NCBI GenBank assembly: GCA_027065555.1
Contig: JAMONS010000129.1
Location: forward strand, 195 to 64,194
Direction: 5' to 3'
DNA: 64,000 bases
Source of the DNA: Hyphomicrobiales bacterium
Lineage (GTDB): Bacteria; Pseudomonadota; Alphaproteobacteria; Rhizobiales; Devosiaceae
The translations under genes and the position numbers were made by a program. Under the pieces are notes generated by a model. That model was not told where the DNA came from, ran no database searches, and saw only the letters and a list, made by a program, of their open reading frames with translations. Of the stretch, positions 1-11,707 are shown piece by piece (the first letter of the stretch is position 1; the number at the start of each line of letters is the position of its first letter).

Positions 1-289
1 TATCGTAGCGTGTAGTGCGTCTTGTGCCATCGCTCTCACGCACACCAGCTTCAATAGTTATAGCCTGCGCTGGGCAAATCGCTTCGCATAATTTACAAGC
101 AATGCACCGCTCTTCTCCATTAGGATAGCGCCTTAGCGCATGTTCACCACGAAAACGAGGTGAAACGGGCCCTTTTTCAAACGGGTAATATATCGTTGCT
201 TTTGGCGAAAAGAAATAACGCATTGAGAGGAAAAATGCCGAAACAAATTCTCTCAAAAGCAGTGAATTTAGAAATTGTAATGCTCTCAT
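1..289 (-). CDS. nuoI: NADH-quinone oxidoreductase subunit I, N-terminal part (gene runs off the window start)
   Basis: Manual minus-strand translation from ATG at 289: [82 protein letters not shown]... Contains the first CxxCxxCxxxCP ferredoxin motif and lies directly after nuoH. Confidence 0.9.
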   Translation of the reverse strand, partial: MRALQFLNSLLLREFVSAFFLSMRYFFSPKATIYYPFEKGPVSPRFRGEHALRRYPNGEERCIACKLCEAICPAQAITIEAGVRESDGTRRTTRYD

Positions 290-300
290 TTTCTTACCCC

Positions 301-1398
301 TCACGCCAATCCGCCATGCCAGCCCCAGCCCGTAAGCTGAAGCACTAAGGCAACGACAAAAATCATGAAAATTGAAATTGGTAAAAATACTTTCCAGCCC
401 AAACGCATTAGCTGGTCATAACGATAACGAGGCACAAATGCTTTAACAATCGATACCATAAAGAACACCATGCCAACTTTAACAATGAACCAAACCATTC
501 CCGGAACCCAAGTAAATGGTGCAATTTCTAGCGGTGCTGCCCAACCACCCATAAATAAAATCACGGTCAAAGCGCACATTAAAACAATCGACACATATTC
601 ACCAAGCATATACATCATATAAGGAGTTGAGCCATATTCAACCATGAAGCCCGCAACCAATTCACTCTCAGCTTCTGGCAAATCAAATGGTGGGCGATTA
701 GTTTCGGCAAGTAATGATATAAAGAAAATTACAAACATTGGGAATAATGGCAACCAGAACCAATTAAGAAAATTCATCCATGGCACACCAAGCATATAGG
801 CTAAACCCATTTCACTTTGCGCAATAACAATATCGGTCAGGTTAAGCGAGCCAACTAGTAATAGAACCGTAACAATCACAAAACCAATGGATACTTCGTA
901 CGAGACCATTTGTGCCGCCGAGCGAAGCGCTGAGAGGAACGGATATTTAGAATTTGACGCCCAGCCGCCAATGATAATTCCATAGACGCTAAGCGATGAT
1001 ATGGCGAGAATATATAAAATTCCAACATTAATATCAGCCAATGCCAAACCATAATCTAGCGGTATAACTGCCCAAGCGGCAAGCGCTAACATCACGGTGA
1101 TAAACGGTGCTAATAGGAATAAAAACTTATCTGAAGAAGCAGGAATTGTTGGCTCTTTGAACACAAATTTTAGCAAATCAGCAAACGATTGGAACAGGCC
1201 TAAAGGCCCAACCACGTTCGGCCCACGTCGCATTTGCACCGCTGCCCAAATTTTACGATCGGCAAGCAAAATGAATGCAATAAAAATTAATAAGGCAACT
1301 AATAATAATAGCCCCTTATAAATAAAACCAATATTCTCGCCCCATCCCAAAAATGGAATGCCAAGCAAATAATCTAAAGCTGAAACTATAAATTCCAT
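301..1398 (-). CDS. nuoH: NADH-quinone oxidoreductase subunit H
   Basis: 365-aa polytopic membrane ORF with [10 protein letters not shown] and SEVSIG-type NuoH motifs. Its start overlaps the nuoG stop by 1 nt. Confidence 0.95.
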   Translation of the reverse strand: MEFIVSALDYLLGIPFLGWGENIGFIYKGLLLLVALLIFIAFILLADRKIWAAVQMRRGPNVVGPLGLFQSFADLLKFVFKEPTIPASSDKFLFLLAPFITVMLALAAWAVIPLDYGLALADINVGILYILAISSLSVYGIIIGGWASNSKYPFLSALRSAAQMVSYEVSIGFVIVTVLLLVGSLNLTDIVIAQSEMGLAYMLGVPWMNFLNWFWLPLFPMFVIFFISLLAETNRPPFDLPEAESELVAGFMVEYGSTPYMMYMLGEYVSIVLMCALTVILFMGGWAAPLEIAPFTWVPGMVWFIVKVGMVFFMVSIVKAFVPRYRYDQLMRLGWKVFLPISIFMIFVVALVLQLTGWGWHGGLA

Positions 1399-3509
1399 TA
1401 TTTATCCTGCCCCGCCTGTTCTCTATCATTGCCCGCTTGCACGCATTGCCCCATTACTTTTGAAGAACGTGCTATCGGGTTTGTGAGATAATAATTTTTA
1501 ACCGCTGAAATAAATTCAACATTTTTAACCTTAGCTGGAATTTTCGCTAGCTTTTTAAGTGCAGAAATATCACCTGCCTTTATGCCATTAATATTTGCTA
1601 AATGCTCATGCTCGTTATATAGCGCTTGGCGCAATTCATTTAGATTATCAAACGGCAAAGCCTTACCCAATTTTCCTGAAATAGCACGAATAATCGCCCA
1701 ATCTTCTTTTGCATCACCAGGTGGGAAAATAGCACGGTTGGTAATTTGTACTCGCCCTTCTAAATTAACATAAGTGGCTGATTTTTCGGTATAAGCACTG
1801 GCTGGCAAAATAACATCGGCACGATGCGCTCCTGCATCACCGTGCGATCCAATATAAACAACAAAACTCTGCCCCATTGCGCTCATATCAAATTCATCTG
1901 CGCCAAGCAAGAACAACATATCAAGCTCGCCCTTGCCTGCCAATTTAATTTGATCTGCCGAGCAAACACCACCATTTTGAGGGGTGAAACCTATATCTAG
2001 GCCGCCAACTCTGCTTGCTGCATTATGTAATAAAGCAAAGCCATTCCAATTGCTCTCTAGAGCACCTGCATTATTTGCAACCATTAAAGCCATTGCTAAA
2101 ATATCACGTCCGAGTTTTTTGCTCTCGCCAGCGTGTGAAATTGCATTTTCACCAACAATAATGATAGGTTTTTTAGCTTTTTTAAGAATTTTATTGAACT
2201 TATGCGAACCAGTTGCCAATGCTTTTAGAATATCAACATCATCACCCAAATGCTGGCAATCATAAGTTAGATCAGTTTTTTCACCAACCAGCGCAATCGG
2301 CATATTATTTTTTAGCCATGCTTTTCTTATACGAGCATTTAATATTGTTGCTTCATAGCGAGGATTAGCACCAATGATTAAAATCGCATCAGCCTCTTCA
2401 ATACCAGCAATGCTTGGGTTAAATATATAAGCACTTCTATCAATATTAGCATCAAGTACTGAATTTACTGGGCGGCAATCAACATTGTTTGAACCAACAG
2501 AGGCTAATAATTTTTTAAGCGCAAACATTTCTTCAACGCCTGCAAGATCACCAGCAATTGCGCCAACTTTATTACCAGCCTTTTTCATGTTCCTAGCAAC
2601 TACATTAAGCGCCTCGTCCCAACTTGTCTCAACAAGTTTTTTGCCCTTTTTAATATAGGGTCTATCAAGACGTTGAGTTTTTAAGCCGTCCCAAATAAAG
2701 CGAGTTTTATCTGAAATCCATTCTTCGTTTATATCTTCGTTAAGTCTTGGTACTATGCGCATTACTTCTGAGCCACGTGCATCAATACGAATTGCAGAAC
2801 CAACAGCGTCCATTACATCAATGCTATCAGTTTTATGTAATTCCCACGAGCGAGCAGTAAAAGCATAAGGCCTTGAAGTAAGCGCACCAACGGGGCAAAG
2901 ATCAATCACATTGCCTTGCAATTCGCTTGACATGGCACGTTCAATATAGGGAGTAATTTCAGCACTCTCTCCACGCCCCAAAAGACCTAATTCACAAACT
3001 CCAGCAACTTCGGTTGTAAAGCGCACACAACGAGTGCAATGAATACAACGTGTCATTATGGTTTTAATTAGTGGCCCTAGATATTTCTCATCAACAATGC
3101 GCTTTTTCTCTTCATAGCGAGATTTATCAAAGCCAAAAGCTATCGCTTGATCTTGCAAATCACATTCACCACCCTGATCGCAAATTGGGCAATCTAGTGG
3201 GTGATTTATGAGCAAAAATTCCATCACCCCTTCACGTGCCTTTTTGACCATAGGGCTATTGGTAAACATTTCTGGAGGTGATCCATCGGGCGCTGGTCGT
3301 AAATCTTTTACTCCCATAGCACAAGAAGCTTGTGGTTTTGGTGGGCCACCCTTAACTTCAACCAAACACATGCGGCAATTTCCAGCAACTGAAAGGCGTT
3401 CATGATAACAAAAACGAGGAATTTCTTTACCAGCCGCTTCTGCCGCCTGCATAAGCGTGAAGTGATCTGGAACTTCAATCAATTTGCCATCAACTTTGAT
3501 CTGTGCCAT
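1398..3509 (-). CDS. nuoG: NADH-quinone oxidoreductase subunit G (75 kDa)
   Basis: 703 aa. N-terminal 2Fe-2S ([19 protein letters not shown]) and 4Fe-4S ([18 protein letters not shown]; [10 protein letters not shown]) motifs. Confidence 0.95.
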   Translation of the reverse strand: MAQIKVDGKLIEVPDHFTLMQAAEAAGKEIPRFCYHERLSVAGNCRMCLVEVKGGPPKPQASCAMGVKDLRPAPDGSPPEMFTNSPMVKKAREGVMEFLLINHPLDCPICDQGGECDLQDQAIAFGFDKSRYEEKKRIVDEKYLGPLIKTIMTRCIHCTRCVRFTTEVAGVCELGLLGRGESAEITPYIERAMSSELQGNVIDLCPVGALTSRPYAFTARSWELHKTDSIDVMDAVGSAIRIDARGSEVMRIVPRLNEDINEEWISDKTRFIWDGLKTQRLDRPYIKKGKKLVETSWDEALNVVARNMKKAGNKVGAIAGDLAGVEEMFALKKLLASVGSNNVDCRPVNSVLDANIDRSAYIFNPSIAGIEEADAILIIGANPRYEATILNARIRKAWLKNNMPIALVGEKTDLTYDCQHLGDDVDILKALATGSHKFNKILKKAKKPIIIVGENAISHAGESKKLGRDILAMALMVANNAGALESNWNGFALLHNAASRVGGLDIGFTPQNGGVCSADQIKLAGKGELDMLFLLGADEFDMSAMGQSFVVYIGSHGDAGAHRADVILPASAYTEKSATYVNLEGRVQITNRAIFPPGDAKEDWAIIRAISGKLGKALPFDNLNELRQALYNEHEHLANINGIKAGDISALKKLAKIPAKVKNVEFISAVKNYYLTNPIARSSKVMGQCVQAGNDREQAGQDK

Positions 3510-3520
3510 GCCCTAAACCC

Positions 3521-4828
3521 CTATTCCGCCGCAATGGAGCTAACAGCTCCGTCTTTGTCAGAATTATAAGTGTAATCATCAATTCTTTTTTCAATTACGT
3601 GTCTGAAATTTTTAATCAGCCCCTGAATTGGCCATGCTGCCGCATCGCCAAGCGCACAAATTGTGTGCCCTTCAATTTGCTTAGTAATATCAAACAACAT
3701 ATCTATTTCACGTTTTTGCGCCCTGCCCTCAACCATACGCTCCATAATGCGCATCATCCAGCCAGTGCCCTCACGACAAGGCGTACATTGCCCACAACTC
3801 TCGTGTTTATAAAAAGCAGACAAACGCCATATAGCCTTAATAATATCGGTGCTATTATCCATCACGATAACGGCTGCCGTGCCTAAAGATGAGCCAACCT
3901 CTTGCAACCCGTCAAAATCCATTGTTGCATCGGTAATTAAATCAGCTTTCACACAAGGAACAGACGAGCCACCCGGGATAACCGCTAAAAGATTATCCCA
4001 ACCACCACGAATGCCACCGCAATGTTTATCAATCATTTCCTTGAAATTAACGCCCATTTCTTCTTCAAACGTAGCAGGATTATTCACATGACCTGAAACA
4101 CAAAATAGCTTTGTGCCAGTATTATTTTCACGTCCAAAACCTGCAAACCAATCGCCACCACGTCGTAATATTTCGGGAATAACAGCAATAGATTCTACGT
4201 TATTAACGGTTGTTGGATTGCCATAAATACCAATGCCAGCAGGAAAAGGTGGCTTTAGGCGTGGCTGGCCTTTTTTGCCCTCAATGCTTTCCATCATGGC
4301 GGTTTCTTCACCACAGATATATGCCCCTGCTCCATGATGAACGATTATGTCGAGATCCCAGCCATGAATATTATTCTTGCCAATCAATTTAGCATCATAT
4401 GCTTGCTCAACTGCCGCCTCTAATCGCTGGCGCTCACGCATAAATTCACCACGCACATATATAAATGCCAAATTCGCATCCATTCCACGAGCGGCAAGCA
4501 AACAACCCTCAATCAAAAGATGCGGTTCATGGCGTAAAATTTCTCTATCTTTACAAGTTCCGGGTTCGGACTCATCGGCATTGACTAATAAATAATGCGG
4601 ACGACCATCAGAAACCTTTGGCATGAACGACCATTTCAAACCTGTTGGGAAACCAGCTCCACCTCGACCACGTAATCCAGAGGCTTTTACCTCATCAGTT
4701 ATCCAATCACGACCTTTTTCAACCAGCTTTTTAGTGCCAGACCATTGCCCACGAGATTTTGCGCCCTTTAAGCCCCAATCATGCTGGCCATAGAGATTAG
4801 TAAAAATGCGATTTTCATCTCTCAACAT
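3521..4828 (-). CDS. nuoF: NADH-quinone oxidoreductase subunit F (51 kDa)
   Basis: 435 aa. FMN/NADH site [12 protein letters not shown] and 4Fe-4S motif [12 protein letters not shown]. Confidence 0.96.
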   Translation of the reverse strand: MLRDENRIFTNLYGQHDWGLKGAKSRGQWSGTKKLVEKGRDWITDEVKASGLRGRGGAGFPTGLKWSFMPKVSDGRPHYLLVNADESEPGTCKDREILRHEPHLLIEGCLLAARGMDANLAFIYVRGEFMRERQRLEAAVEQAYDAKLIGKNNIHGWDLDIIVHHGAGAYICGEETAMMESIEGKKGQPRLKPPFPAGIGIYGNPTTVNNVESIAVIPEILRRGGDWFAGFGRENNTGTKLFCVSGHVNNPATFEEEMGVNFKEMIDKHCGGIRGGWDNLLAVIPGGSSVPCVKADLITDATMDFDGLQEVGSSLGTAAVIVMDNSTDIIKAIWRLSAFYKHESCGQCTPCREGTGWMMRIMERMVEGRAQKREIDMLFDITKQIEGHTICALGDAAAWPIQGLIKNFRHVIEKRIDDYTYNSDKDGAVSSIAAE

Positions 4829-5730
4829 TATTTATCTCCCTTTACCAAAGCTTTTGCCTGTTTAACCCATTCATCTCGATCAATACGCCCCTTAAACGAA
4901 AGCGCATCATCTATCTTTGTTATATCTGCTTTTTTGAAATCAGCTACTTGCTTAAATTTGGTGATGCCTAGCTTGTTGAGTTTTTTCTCTAACACTGGTC
5001 CAACACCTGAAATTAATTTAAGATCATCTTTATTACCCTTTGGCGTTGCAAAGAGGTTAGAACTTTTGGCTTTTGCCTTTGCAGGTTTTTTGGCGGCAGT
5101 ACGCTTAGGAGTTTTAACCTGAATATCCAACAAGCTAGTTTGCCCATTAAGCGCCGCTGAATATTGCCGTCCAATTTGTGGACCCGGTGCGATTGTATCG
5201 CCCTTATCAGCTGCAAATGCATCAATAATTTCTTCTAATCGATCTGGCGTTAAATCTTCATAAGTATCAAAGCCAATCGTTACCATTGGCGCATTTACAC
5301 ATGCACCTGCACATTCAACTTCTTCCCAACTTAGCGTGCCGCCCTCGTTTAACTCATGCGCTTTTTTGGCGATTTTATTTTGACATACCGAGCGTAAACC
5401 TTCTGCTCCACGCAACATGCAAGGCGTTGTACCGCAAACCTGAATATGAGCTTTTGTGCCAACTGGTTGTAATTGAAATTGCGTATAAAAAGTTGCAACT
5501 TCTAGCGCACGAATATAGGGCATTTTTAGCATATCAGCGATTTTCTCAATCGCTGGTTTGCTTACCCAGCCTGTTTGCTCTTGCGCACGCATAAGTAGCG
5601 GAATAATTGCCGATTGCTGGCGACCTTTTGGATAAAGCGCTATGCGTTTTTTTGCCCAAGCACCATTCTCCTTAGAAAAGGCGAATTTCTTTGGTTGCAC
5701 ATTATCATCTGCTAGGCGACGCACACTCAT
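4828..5730 (-). CDS. nuoE: NADH-quinone oxidoreductase subunit E with a Lys/Ala-rich linker and helix-hairpin-helix-like C-terminal extension
   Basis: 300 aa. 2Fe-2S Cys ([11 protein letters not shown] ... [10 protein letters not shown]). The last ~100 aa are an extension (KKPAKAKAK ... [18 protein letters not shown]). ATGA overlap with nuoD. Confidence 0.94.
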   Translation of the reverse strand: MSVRRLADDNVQPKKFAFSKENGAWAKKRIALYPKGRQQSAIIPLLMRAQEQTGWVSKPAIEKIADMLKMPYIRALEVATFYTQFQLQPVGTKAHIQVCGTTPCMLRGAEGLRSVCQNKIAKKAHELNEGGTLSWEEVECAGACVNAPMVTIGFDTYEDLTPDRLEEIIDAFAADKGDTIAPGPQIGRQYSAALNGQTSLLDIQVKTPKRTAAKKPAKAKAKSSNLFATPKGNKDDLKLISGVGPVLEKKLNKLGITKFKQVADFKKADITKIDDALSFKGRIDRDEWVKQAKALVKGDK

Positions 5731-6917
5731 CGATCAATTTCTCCAAACACAATATCTAACGAGCCAAGAATGGCTGCAACATCTGCCAACATATAACCAC
5801 GAGAAAGGAAGTCCATCGCACTAAGATGTGCATAGCTTGGCGGCTTTACCTTACAGCGATATGGTTTATTGCTACCATCTGAAATAAGATAAACCCCAAA
5901 CTCACCTTTTGGCGCTTCGATGGCCGTATAAATCTCGCCCTTTGGCACTTTATACCCCTCAGAAAACAATTTGAAATGATGAATAAGAGCTTCCATAGAA
6001 CTATTCATATCATCACGCTTTGGCGGCACGATTTTCCCATCACTTGAGGAAACCGCCGTTTTGCCTTCCGATGAATTTAATAGGTCAATACACTGACGCA
6101 TAATTTTGGTAGATTGACGCATTTCTTCCATTCGAATGAGATAACGATCATAATTATCGCCATTTTTGCCAACAGGAATATCAAAATCTAAACGCTCATA
6201 ACATTCATAAGGCTGGCTTTTACGTAAATCCCATTTTGCACCAGAGCCACGCACCATAACGCCAGAAAAACCCCATTTCCAAGCATCTTCGAGTGAAACA
6301 GTGCCAATATCAACATTGCGCTGTTTAAAAATACGATTGCCAGTTAAAAGCGTTTCAATATCATCGCACACTTTAAGAAACGGATCACAAAATGCTTCAA
6401 TATCATCAATCAGCTCTTGCGGTAGGTCTTGATGCACACCGCCGGGGCGAATATAGGCGGCATGCATACGAGAGCCACAAGCTCTTTCATAAAACACCAT
6501 AAGAATCTCACGTTGCTCAAACCCCCAAACAGGCGGCGTTAGCGCACCTACATCTAGTGCTTGGGTAGTAATATTGAGCATGTGCGATAATATTCTGCCA
6601 ATTTCTGAATAAAGCACCCGAATTAATTGCCCACGCATTGGCACTTTAATACCAAGCATATTCTCAACCGCTAGCGCATAAGCATGTTCTTGGTTCATTG
6701 GCGCAACATAATCAAGCCGATCAAAATATGGCACGGCCTGCAAATATGTTTTTTGCTCAATTAGCTTTTCAGTACCACGATGCAGCAAGCCAATATGCGG
6801 ATCAACCCGCTCAACGACTTCGCCATCAAGCTCAACAATCATACGTAAAACACCATGTGCCGCAGGATGCTGCGGACCAAAGTTAATGTTAAATGTGCGC
6901 ATTGAATTATCAGCCAT
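5727..6917 (-). CDS. nuoD: NADH-quinone oxidoreductase subunit D (49 kDa)
   Basis: 396 aa with [13 protein letters not shown] and [12 protein letters not shown] motifs. Confidence 0.96.
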   Translation of the reverse strand: MADNSMRTFNINFGPQHPAAHGVLRMIVELDGEVVERVDPHIGLLHRGTEKLIEQKTYLQAVPYFDRLDYVAPMNQEHAYALAVENMLGIKVPMRGQLIRVLYSEIGRILSHMLNITTQALDVGALTPPVWGFEQREILMVFYERACGSRMHAAYIRPGGVHQDLPQELIDDIEAFCDPFLKVCDDIETLLTGNRIFKQRNVDIGTVSLEDAWKWGFSGVMVRGSGAKWDLRKSQPYECYERLDFDIPVGKNGDNYDRYLIRMEEMRQSTKIMRQCIDLLNSSEGKTAVSSSDGKIVPPKRDDMNSSMEALIHHFKLFSEGYKVPKGEIYTAIEAPKGEFGVYLISDGSNKPYRCKVKPPSYAHLSAMDFLSRGYMLADVAAILGSLDIVFGEIDR

Positions 6918-7525
6918 TAGGTTTTCCCCTCTGCCTTTTCATCACCTGGAAGAACATAATCAGTTCCTTGCCAAGGCGAGAGATTATCAAAGGAGCGAAA
7001 TTCTTGTGTTAATTTCACAGGCTTATAGACCACACGTTTTTGCTCTTCATCATAAAATAATTCAACATAACCAGAGGGTGGAAAATCTTTACGTAAAGGA
7101 TAACCGCTAAAGCCGTAATCGGTTAATAAGCGGCGTAAATCTGGGTGTCCTGAAAATAAAATACCAAACATGTCATATGCTTCACGCTCATACCAATTAG
7201 CACCCGGAAACAAATCAGTTATTGAGGGAACTAAGCTTTCTTCATCTGTTTCAACCTTAACCCTTATGCGAAGGTTTCTAACAGGGCTTAGCAGGTGATA
7301 AACTACCTCAAAGCGCATTTCACGCCCCAAATAATCAACCCCACAAATATCAGTAATAGAAATGAATTGGCACTGATTATCGTCATGCAAAAACTGCATA
7401 ACCTTTACGATATCATCACGATTGGCAAATAATGTTAATTCGCCCCGAACAAGAGTAAAATGCTTAACCTCATCAACCAGTTTAAGTGCAATATATTCAC
7501 CAAGCTCTTTTAGAGTTTCGTCCAT
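6917..7525 (-). CDS. nuoC: NADH-quinone oxidoreductase subunit C (30 kDa)
   Basis: 202 aa with the [14 protein letters not shown] motif. Confidence 0.95.
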   Translation of the reverse strand: MDETLKELGEYIALKLVDEVKHFTLVRGELTLFANRDDIVKVMQFLHDDNQCQFISITDICGVDYLGREMRFEVVYHLLSPVRNLRIRVKVETDEESLVPSITDLFPGANWYEREAYDMFGILFSGHPDLRRLLTDYGFSGYPLRKDFPPSGYVELFYDEEQKRVVYKPVKLTQEFRSFDNLSPWQGTDYVLPGDEKAEGKT

Positions 7526-7528
7526 AAT

Positions 7529-8107
7529 CTATCTTTCAATCGTTCCTGTGCGCCTGATTTTCTTTTGCAGCATTAAAACGCCATATAAAAGAGCCTCAGC
7601 GGTTGGCGGGCAACCCGGCACATAAATATCAACTGGAACAATCCTATCGCAACCACGAACCACTGCATAAGAATAATGGTAATACCCGCCGCCATTGGCG
7701 CAAGAGCCCATAGAAATTACATAACGAGGCTCTGGCATTTGGTCATAAACTTTTCTTAAAGCTGGTGCCATTTTGTTAGTTAGAGTGCCAGCAACAATCA
7801 TCACATCAGATTGACGAGGTGAGCCACGAGGCGCAAAGCCTAGCCTTTCGCAATCATAACGAGGCATAGCCATTTGCATCATTTCGACCGCACAACAAGC
7901 CAAACCAAATGACATCCACATAAGCGAGCCAGTACGAGCCCAGTTAATCAACTCATCAGTTGAAGTAACCAAAAAGCCTTTATCAGCCAACTCATCATTA
8001 ACATCAGTAAAAAATGTATTATCAGCGCCGATAGGCTTACCAGTATTTGGATCTATAATATTTTTAGGGGCAGGAGCTATCAGCGTTCCTTGTTTATCTA
8101 ATCCCAT
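7529..8107 (-). CDS. nuoB: NADH-quinone oxidoreductase subunit B (20 kDa)
   Basis: 192 aa with N2 cluster ligand motifs ([26 protein letters not shown]). Confidence 0.96.
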   Translation of the reverse strand: MGLDKQGTLIAPAPKNIIDPNTGKPIGADNTFFTDVNDELADKGFLVTSTDELINWARTGSLMWMSFGLACCAVEMMQMAMPRYDCERLGFAPRGSPRQSDVMIVAGTLTNKMAPALRKVYDQMPEPRYVISMGSCANGGGYYHYSYAVVRGCDRIVPVDIYVPGCPPTAEALLYGVLMLQKKIRRTGTIER

Positions 8108-8463
8108 TCCAAAGCCCCTTTACGCCATTCGTATATAAAGCCAATGGTAAGCACCGATAAGAATATCATCATTGAGACAAAGCCAAACCAGCCGACATCT
8201 CTAAATGCTACTGCCCAAGGGAAAAGAAAAGCTACTTCAAGATCAAAAATGATAAAAAGAATAGCAACCAAATAGAATCGGGCATCAAATTTCATGCGAG
8301 CATCATCAAATGGTTCAAAGCCACATTCATAGGCGGATAATTTTTCGGGGTCTGGGTTTTTCACTGCAATGATAAATGGAGCAACTAGCAATGCTAGTCC
8401 GATAATCGCTGAAAGCCCAATAAAAACAATAACAGGCAAATAATCTAATAGTAATTCGTTCAT
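8098..8463 (-). CDS. nuoA: NADH-quinone oxidoreductase subunit A
   Basis: ATG at 8463 gives a 121-aa protein [11 protein letters not shown]... with SAYECGF and [12 protein letters not shown]. The ORF-track start at 8469 is a TTG two codons upstream. Confidence 0.93.
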   Translation of the reverse strand: MNELLLDYLPVIVFIGLSAIIGLALLVAPFIIAVKNPDPEKLSAYECGFEPFDDARMKFDARFYLVAILFIIFDLEVAFLFPWAVAFRDVGWFGFVSMMIFLSVLTIGFIYEWRKGALEWD

Positions 8464-8646
8464 TTTCAAATCCGAGAATATTACAATCTATATTACAGTG
8501 ATGCAAAAGCAAAGAATCAGTTGATAAGATTGCACAGGGCAATATTAATCTATAATTGCAGGGCTTAGCGCAGCACAGACATTGTTGCAAGTAAAGAACC
8601 ATATTTTTGACATATTTCTTTAGATAACTTTTTATCAAAAAATGAC

Positions 8647-8682
8647 AAAAAAAAGCTCCTTAGTATAAGATCTAAGGAGCTT
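8647..8682 (-). terminator. Rho-independent terminator after the OMP gene
   Basis: Perfect 11-bp stem (AAGCTCCTTAG / CTAAGGAGCTT, 8-nt loop) followed on the minus strand by a run of 8 T. Confidence 0.85.
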
Positions 8683-8711
8683 GAGTATGAATTTAGATTA
8701 TTAAATTATTT

Positions 8712-9203
8712 TTATTGTAAGTGCCACAATAATCCAGCACTTATCTTTGTTGCATTTGGCGCAGCACCCCAAGCCCCAGTCCCTAAGACTTCGGCACGTA
8801 CACCAACTTGATCAATTAAGATAGCCTCAGCCCCACCACCAAAGGCGTAGGAGCCAACGCCATTTACAAGACCGCCACCCCCTGCTCCATAGACCATTAT
8901 AGTATCATTTATTTCATAACCAACTTTGCCAAGCATTAGCGCATCATAAGTCATTGTTGGAGCAAAATTTGCACCAACCTGCATTTCTGCACCAACTAAA
9001 ATACTATCAGTTACAACAAAATTAGCACCCGCAATACCGCCAGCGCTACCATTCATAGTTGGATCCATCATAGCACCACCGTAAGCACCAACATAGAAGC
9101 CTTCAAATTGTGAGAGAGAATAATAATCAGATTGCGCTAAAACGGCACTAGAGGAAATGCCTAAAGCCATAATTGCAATTAATGTTTTTTGAATAGTTTT
9201 CAT
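8712..9203 (-). CDS. Small Gly-rich outer-membrane beta-barrel (porin/Omp25-like family) protein
   Basis: 163 aa. Signal peptide MKTIQKTLIAIMALGISSSAVLA|Q, then alternating Gly/aromatic amphipathic strands. Has its own terminator. Confidence 0.7.
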   Translation of the reverse strand: MKTIQKTLIAIMALGISSSAVLAQSDYYSLSQFEGFYVGAYGGAMMDPTMNGSAGGIAGANFVVTDSILVGAEMQVGANFAPTMTYDALMLGKVGYEINDTIMVYGAGGGGLVNGVGSYAFGGGAEAILIDQVGVRAEVLGTGAWGAAPNATKISAGLLWHLQ

Positions 9204-9327
9204 TTGTAAGCTCCATTATAGATATTATCCATTAGATAGCTTTTGATACAAAATTTCAATGAAATGTTAACTAGTTGGCTAACGAATGGTTAATATTTGA
9301 GATGGCAGGAGCAAGCAATTTAGCGAG

Positions 9328-9523
9328 ATATAGAATGGGAAAAGAATAAACGGCGGGGGTGTCGGGGACGGGCAGCCTGCGTGGCGTGAACGCAAGAGAA
9401 AATGCAGCGACCAACGGCGACAAGTATAAAGAGGCCAAAGCCCTCCTACGCTCTATACTTCTTTTGGAGCTTCAGACGGCATAAGCAGTTCTAGAGCGAG
9501 CGTTGCTCACCAAAAACAGCTAA
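9328..9523. repeat. GC-rich modular intergenic repeat, one unit with a nested insert, abutting the 3' end of tRNA-Asp
   Basis: TATAGAATGGGAAAAGAATAAACGGCGGGGGTGTCGGGGACGGG...GCGACCAACGGCGACAAG. The same core occurs at 13280-13719, 33438-33499 and 63170-63421. Confidence 0.85.
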
Positions 9524-9600
<77 letters not shown>

Positions 9601-9716
9601 ATTTTAATTTTGCTACATATTGTGCAAAATATATTAGAAGGACTGCTGTGACTTAGTTCAGCTTTTTCGTGAAGTCAAGCACTTCACACACATAAATTTC
9701 ACTCAGGCAAAATAAC

Positions 9717-11132
9717 TTATTTCGAAATTCGCAAATTCAATAATTCGTCCGCTATTTCTTTAAATGCATCAGCTAATTCACCACTATCACTAGCATCAAA
9801 ATACGAACCACCATTTCCAGCGCAATCTTCCAACAAGTTCTTAATGGTACTATTAGTAACATCAAAGGCAATAGTATAAACTATTACTTCGTCATTATTG
9901 ATATTATCACAAAGGTCTTCAGTCAAATCATTGGCTGTTGCTGAGTTAGAGCCATTATGCCATGGATAACTAGGTGAGACCGTGTTTGCTCCGTCAGTCA
10001 TTAAGACCAAAACTTTTTTTAAATCATTTGATTTTGGTGCTGCATCTGTGAAAGGTATTCCTTGTGATAATAACCTCCAACCCCAAACTAAACCAGCGGG
10101 TATATAAGTATTGTCCCTTGCACTCATACTATTTATACCACTTAGAACATTTGCTCTAACATTGGTTAGACGAGTTAAAGGGTTTGCCCTACAAAAATTC
10201 CAACTATTAAGCAAACCCGGAACTTCTTCGCTAGCGTATGAATTATCTCGTATATTTAGGGGATAGTCTCTTGAACCAACACAACCAAACCATCTATATT
10301 GTCTAGGTGATCTGGGTGTACATGTCCATACTGGAGCGCCTAAAGACCCAGTACAACCTGTGCTTACCCACCTTTGACATGCATATGGCACGCCATCGCT
10401 GTAACAAGTATCAGGAACATTATAACCTGTACAGTTTCGTGTAGAATCTGGATAAGTATTTCGGCAATAATCAGGACGAGGAACAGAATAATCACTTGGC
10501 ACATCAATGCCCGGCTCATTCCTGTTATTCATACCAATATTAACATATCGAGAAAAAGGAACTAAGCCAATTTTAACCGTTCCCCCTGTTGCCTCTTCCA
10601 TTAATGTTGTTACCATATCCTGTGCCGCATCTTTAAGGGAGCTTATTTTAGAACCATTCATAGAAAAGGTTGTATCTAAAACCAGTGCTACTTCTAAATT
10701 TGAGGCAGAGATAATTACTTCTGAAAACACAGCAATATCAAGTTTATTAATACCTATAAATTTTATAAATATGGTTGGCATGGGATAAGAAGCATCAACG
10801 CGAATACCATCATCGATTTGAGTGGCAACTATTGTTGAACCTGCGCCTATGCCAATAGAGCGCAAATTATTACTATAAATATCTTTGGCAACTATTTGCA
10901 TTTTATCGAGATCATTTTTTGCAACACGTGCAACAGCAAGTGCCGCAGAATCTGTTGCATGTTGCATTTCAGCTCTAGTCGCACTAGCCTTAGAATAATC
11001 AACAGCACCGCCCGCAAGTACTATTAATGGAATAGCCATCAATGCAAAAATAACGGCGAATGAACCCTTATTTTCATATTTGATAAATCTAGCAAACTGT
11101 TTACTTAGTTTTGCAATATTAAATATTAGCAT
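9717..11132 (-). CDS. TadG-like protein: N-terminal Flp-pilus TadE/G-type helix plus a von Willebrand factor A domain with a Cys-rich insert
   Basis: 471 aa. N-terminus KGSFAVIFALMAIPLIVLAGGAVDYS, MIDAS-like LDTTFSMNGSK, C-terminal VIVYTIAF...CAGNGGSYFDA. Paralog of 11708-13189. Confidence 0.85.
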   Translation of the reverse strand: MLIFNIAKLSKQFARFIKYENKGSFAVIFALMAIPLIVLAGGAVDYSKASATRAEMQHATDSAALAVARVAKNDLDKMQIVAKDIYSNNLRSIGIGAGSTIVATQIDDGIRVDASYPMPTIFIKFIGINKLDIAVFSEVIISASNLEVALVLDTTFSMNGSKISSLKDAAQDMVTTLMEEATGGTVKIGLVPFSRYVNIGMNNRNEPGIDVPSDYSVPRPDYCRNTYPDSTRNCTGYNVPDTCYSDGVPYACQRWVSTGCTGSLGAPVWTCTPRSPRQYRWFGCVGSRDYPLNIRDNSYASEEVPGLLNSWNFCRANPLTRLTNVRANVLSGINSMSARDNTYIPAGLVWGWRLLSQGIPFTDAAPKSNDLKKVLVLMTDGANTVSPSYPWHNGSNSATANDLTEDLCDNINNDEVIVYTIAFDVTNSTIKNLLEDCAGNGGSYFDASDSGELADAFKEIADELLNLRISK

Positions 11133-11236
11133 GATTGGCCTTTTTAAATTCTAATTAGAATCTCTACTTTTAACAAAAAATAATAAAGATCAGTTTAACC
11201 AATTAGATAAAATTTTAATGACATAGATTTTATCGT

Positions 11237-11686
11237 TTATTTCACAAGACGAATATCGCCTCCAGAACCGCCGCCTAAGTCTGACAATTCTTCACCAATA
11301 TTTTCAATAGCATTTTCAAGCGCAATTCCAGTATTAACTTTTATATAATATCCACCATTGTCAGCGCAATTTTGCATCATAGTCGTAAGTCCATTATCAC
11401 TAACACCGACATTAATGCTGTAAATCCTAATGCCATCGGCCTTCATGTTGGTGCAAAGTGCTGCTAATTCAGCATTGGCAGCATCAATATTGCGCGCCCA
11501 TGAACCAGACTGCCCAGTGTTATGGCTTCTATTTTGTACTTTATCATTTACAAAGATAACAACTTTTAGATTATCATCTGAATATGGTAGCCCTTCAGTA
11601 TATGGAGCACCTGAAAGTGAAAGGATTGGAAGCAACACAACTGCAAAAATAACAGCAACTGCTCCCTTATCTTCTTGGGTAAAAAA
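11237..11686 (-). pseudogene. Internally deleted and 5'-truncated TadG-like VWA paralog
   Basis: The frame reads (stop)FFTQEDKGAVAVIFAVVLLPILSLSGAPYTEG..., i.e. the TadG N-terminal helix joined directly to the C-terminal third of the VWA domain (IRIYSINVG...CADNGGYYIKV). There is no ATG; the only start is a GTG inside the helix (11638). Confidence 0.7.
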
Positions 11687-11707
11687 TTAGATATAAAATT
11701 ACAACAA

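Noticed and set aside
8327-8638. 103-aa minus-strand ORF overlapping the 5' part of nuoA and its upstream region
   Set aside because: It is out of frame with the well-supported nuoA. It is Cys- and Leu-rich with no recognisable features, and it occupies the likely nuo promoter region.
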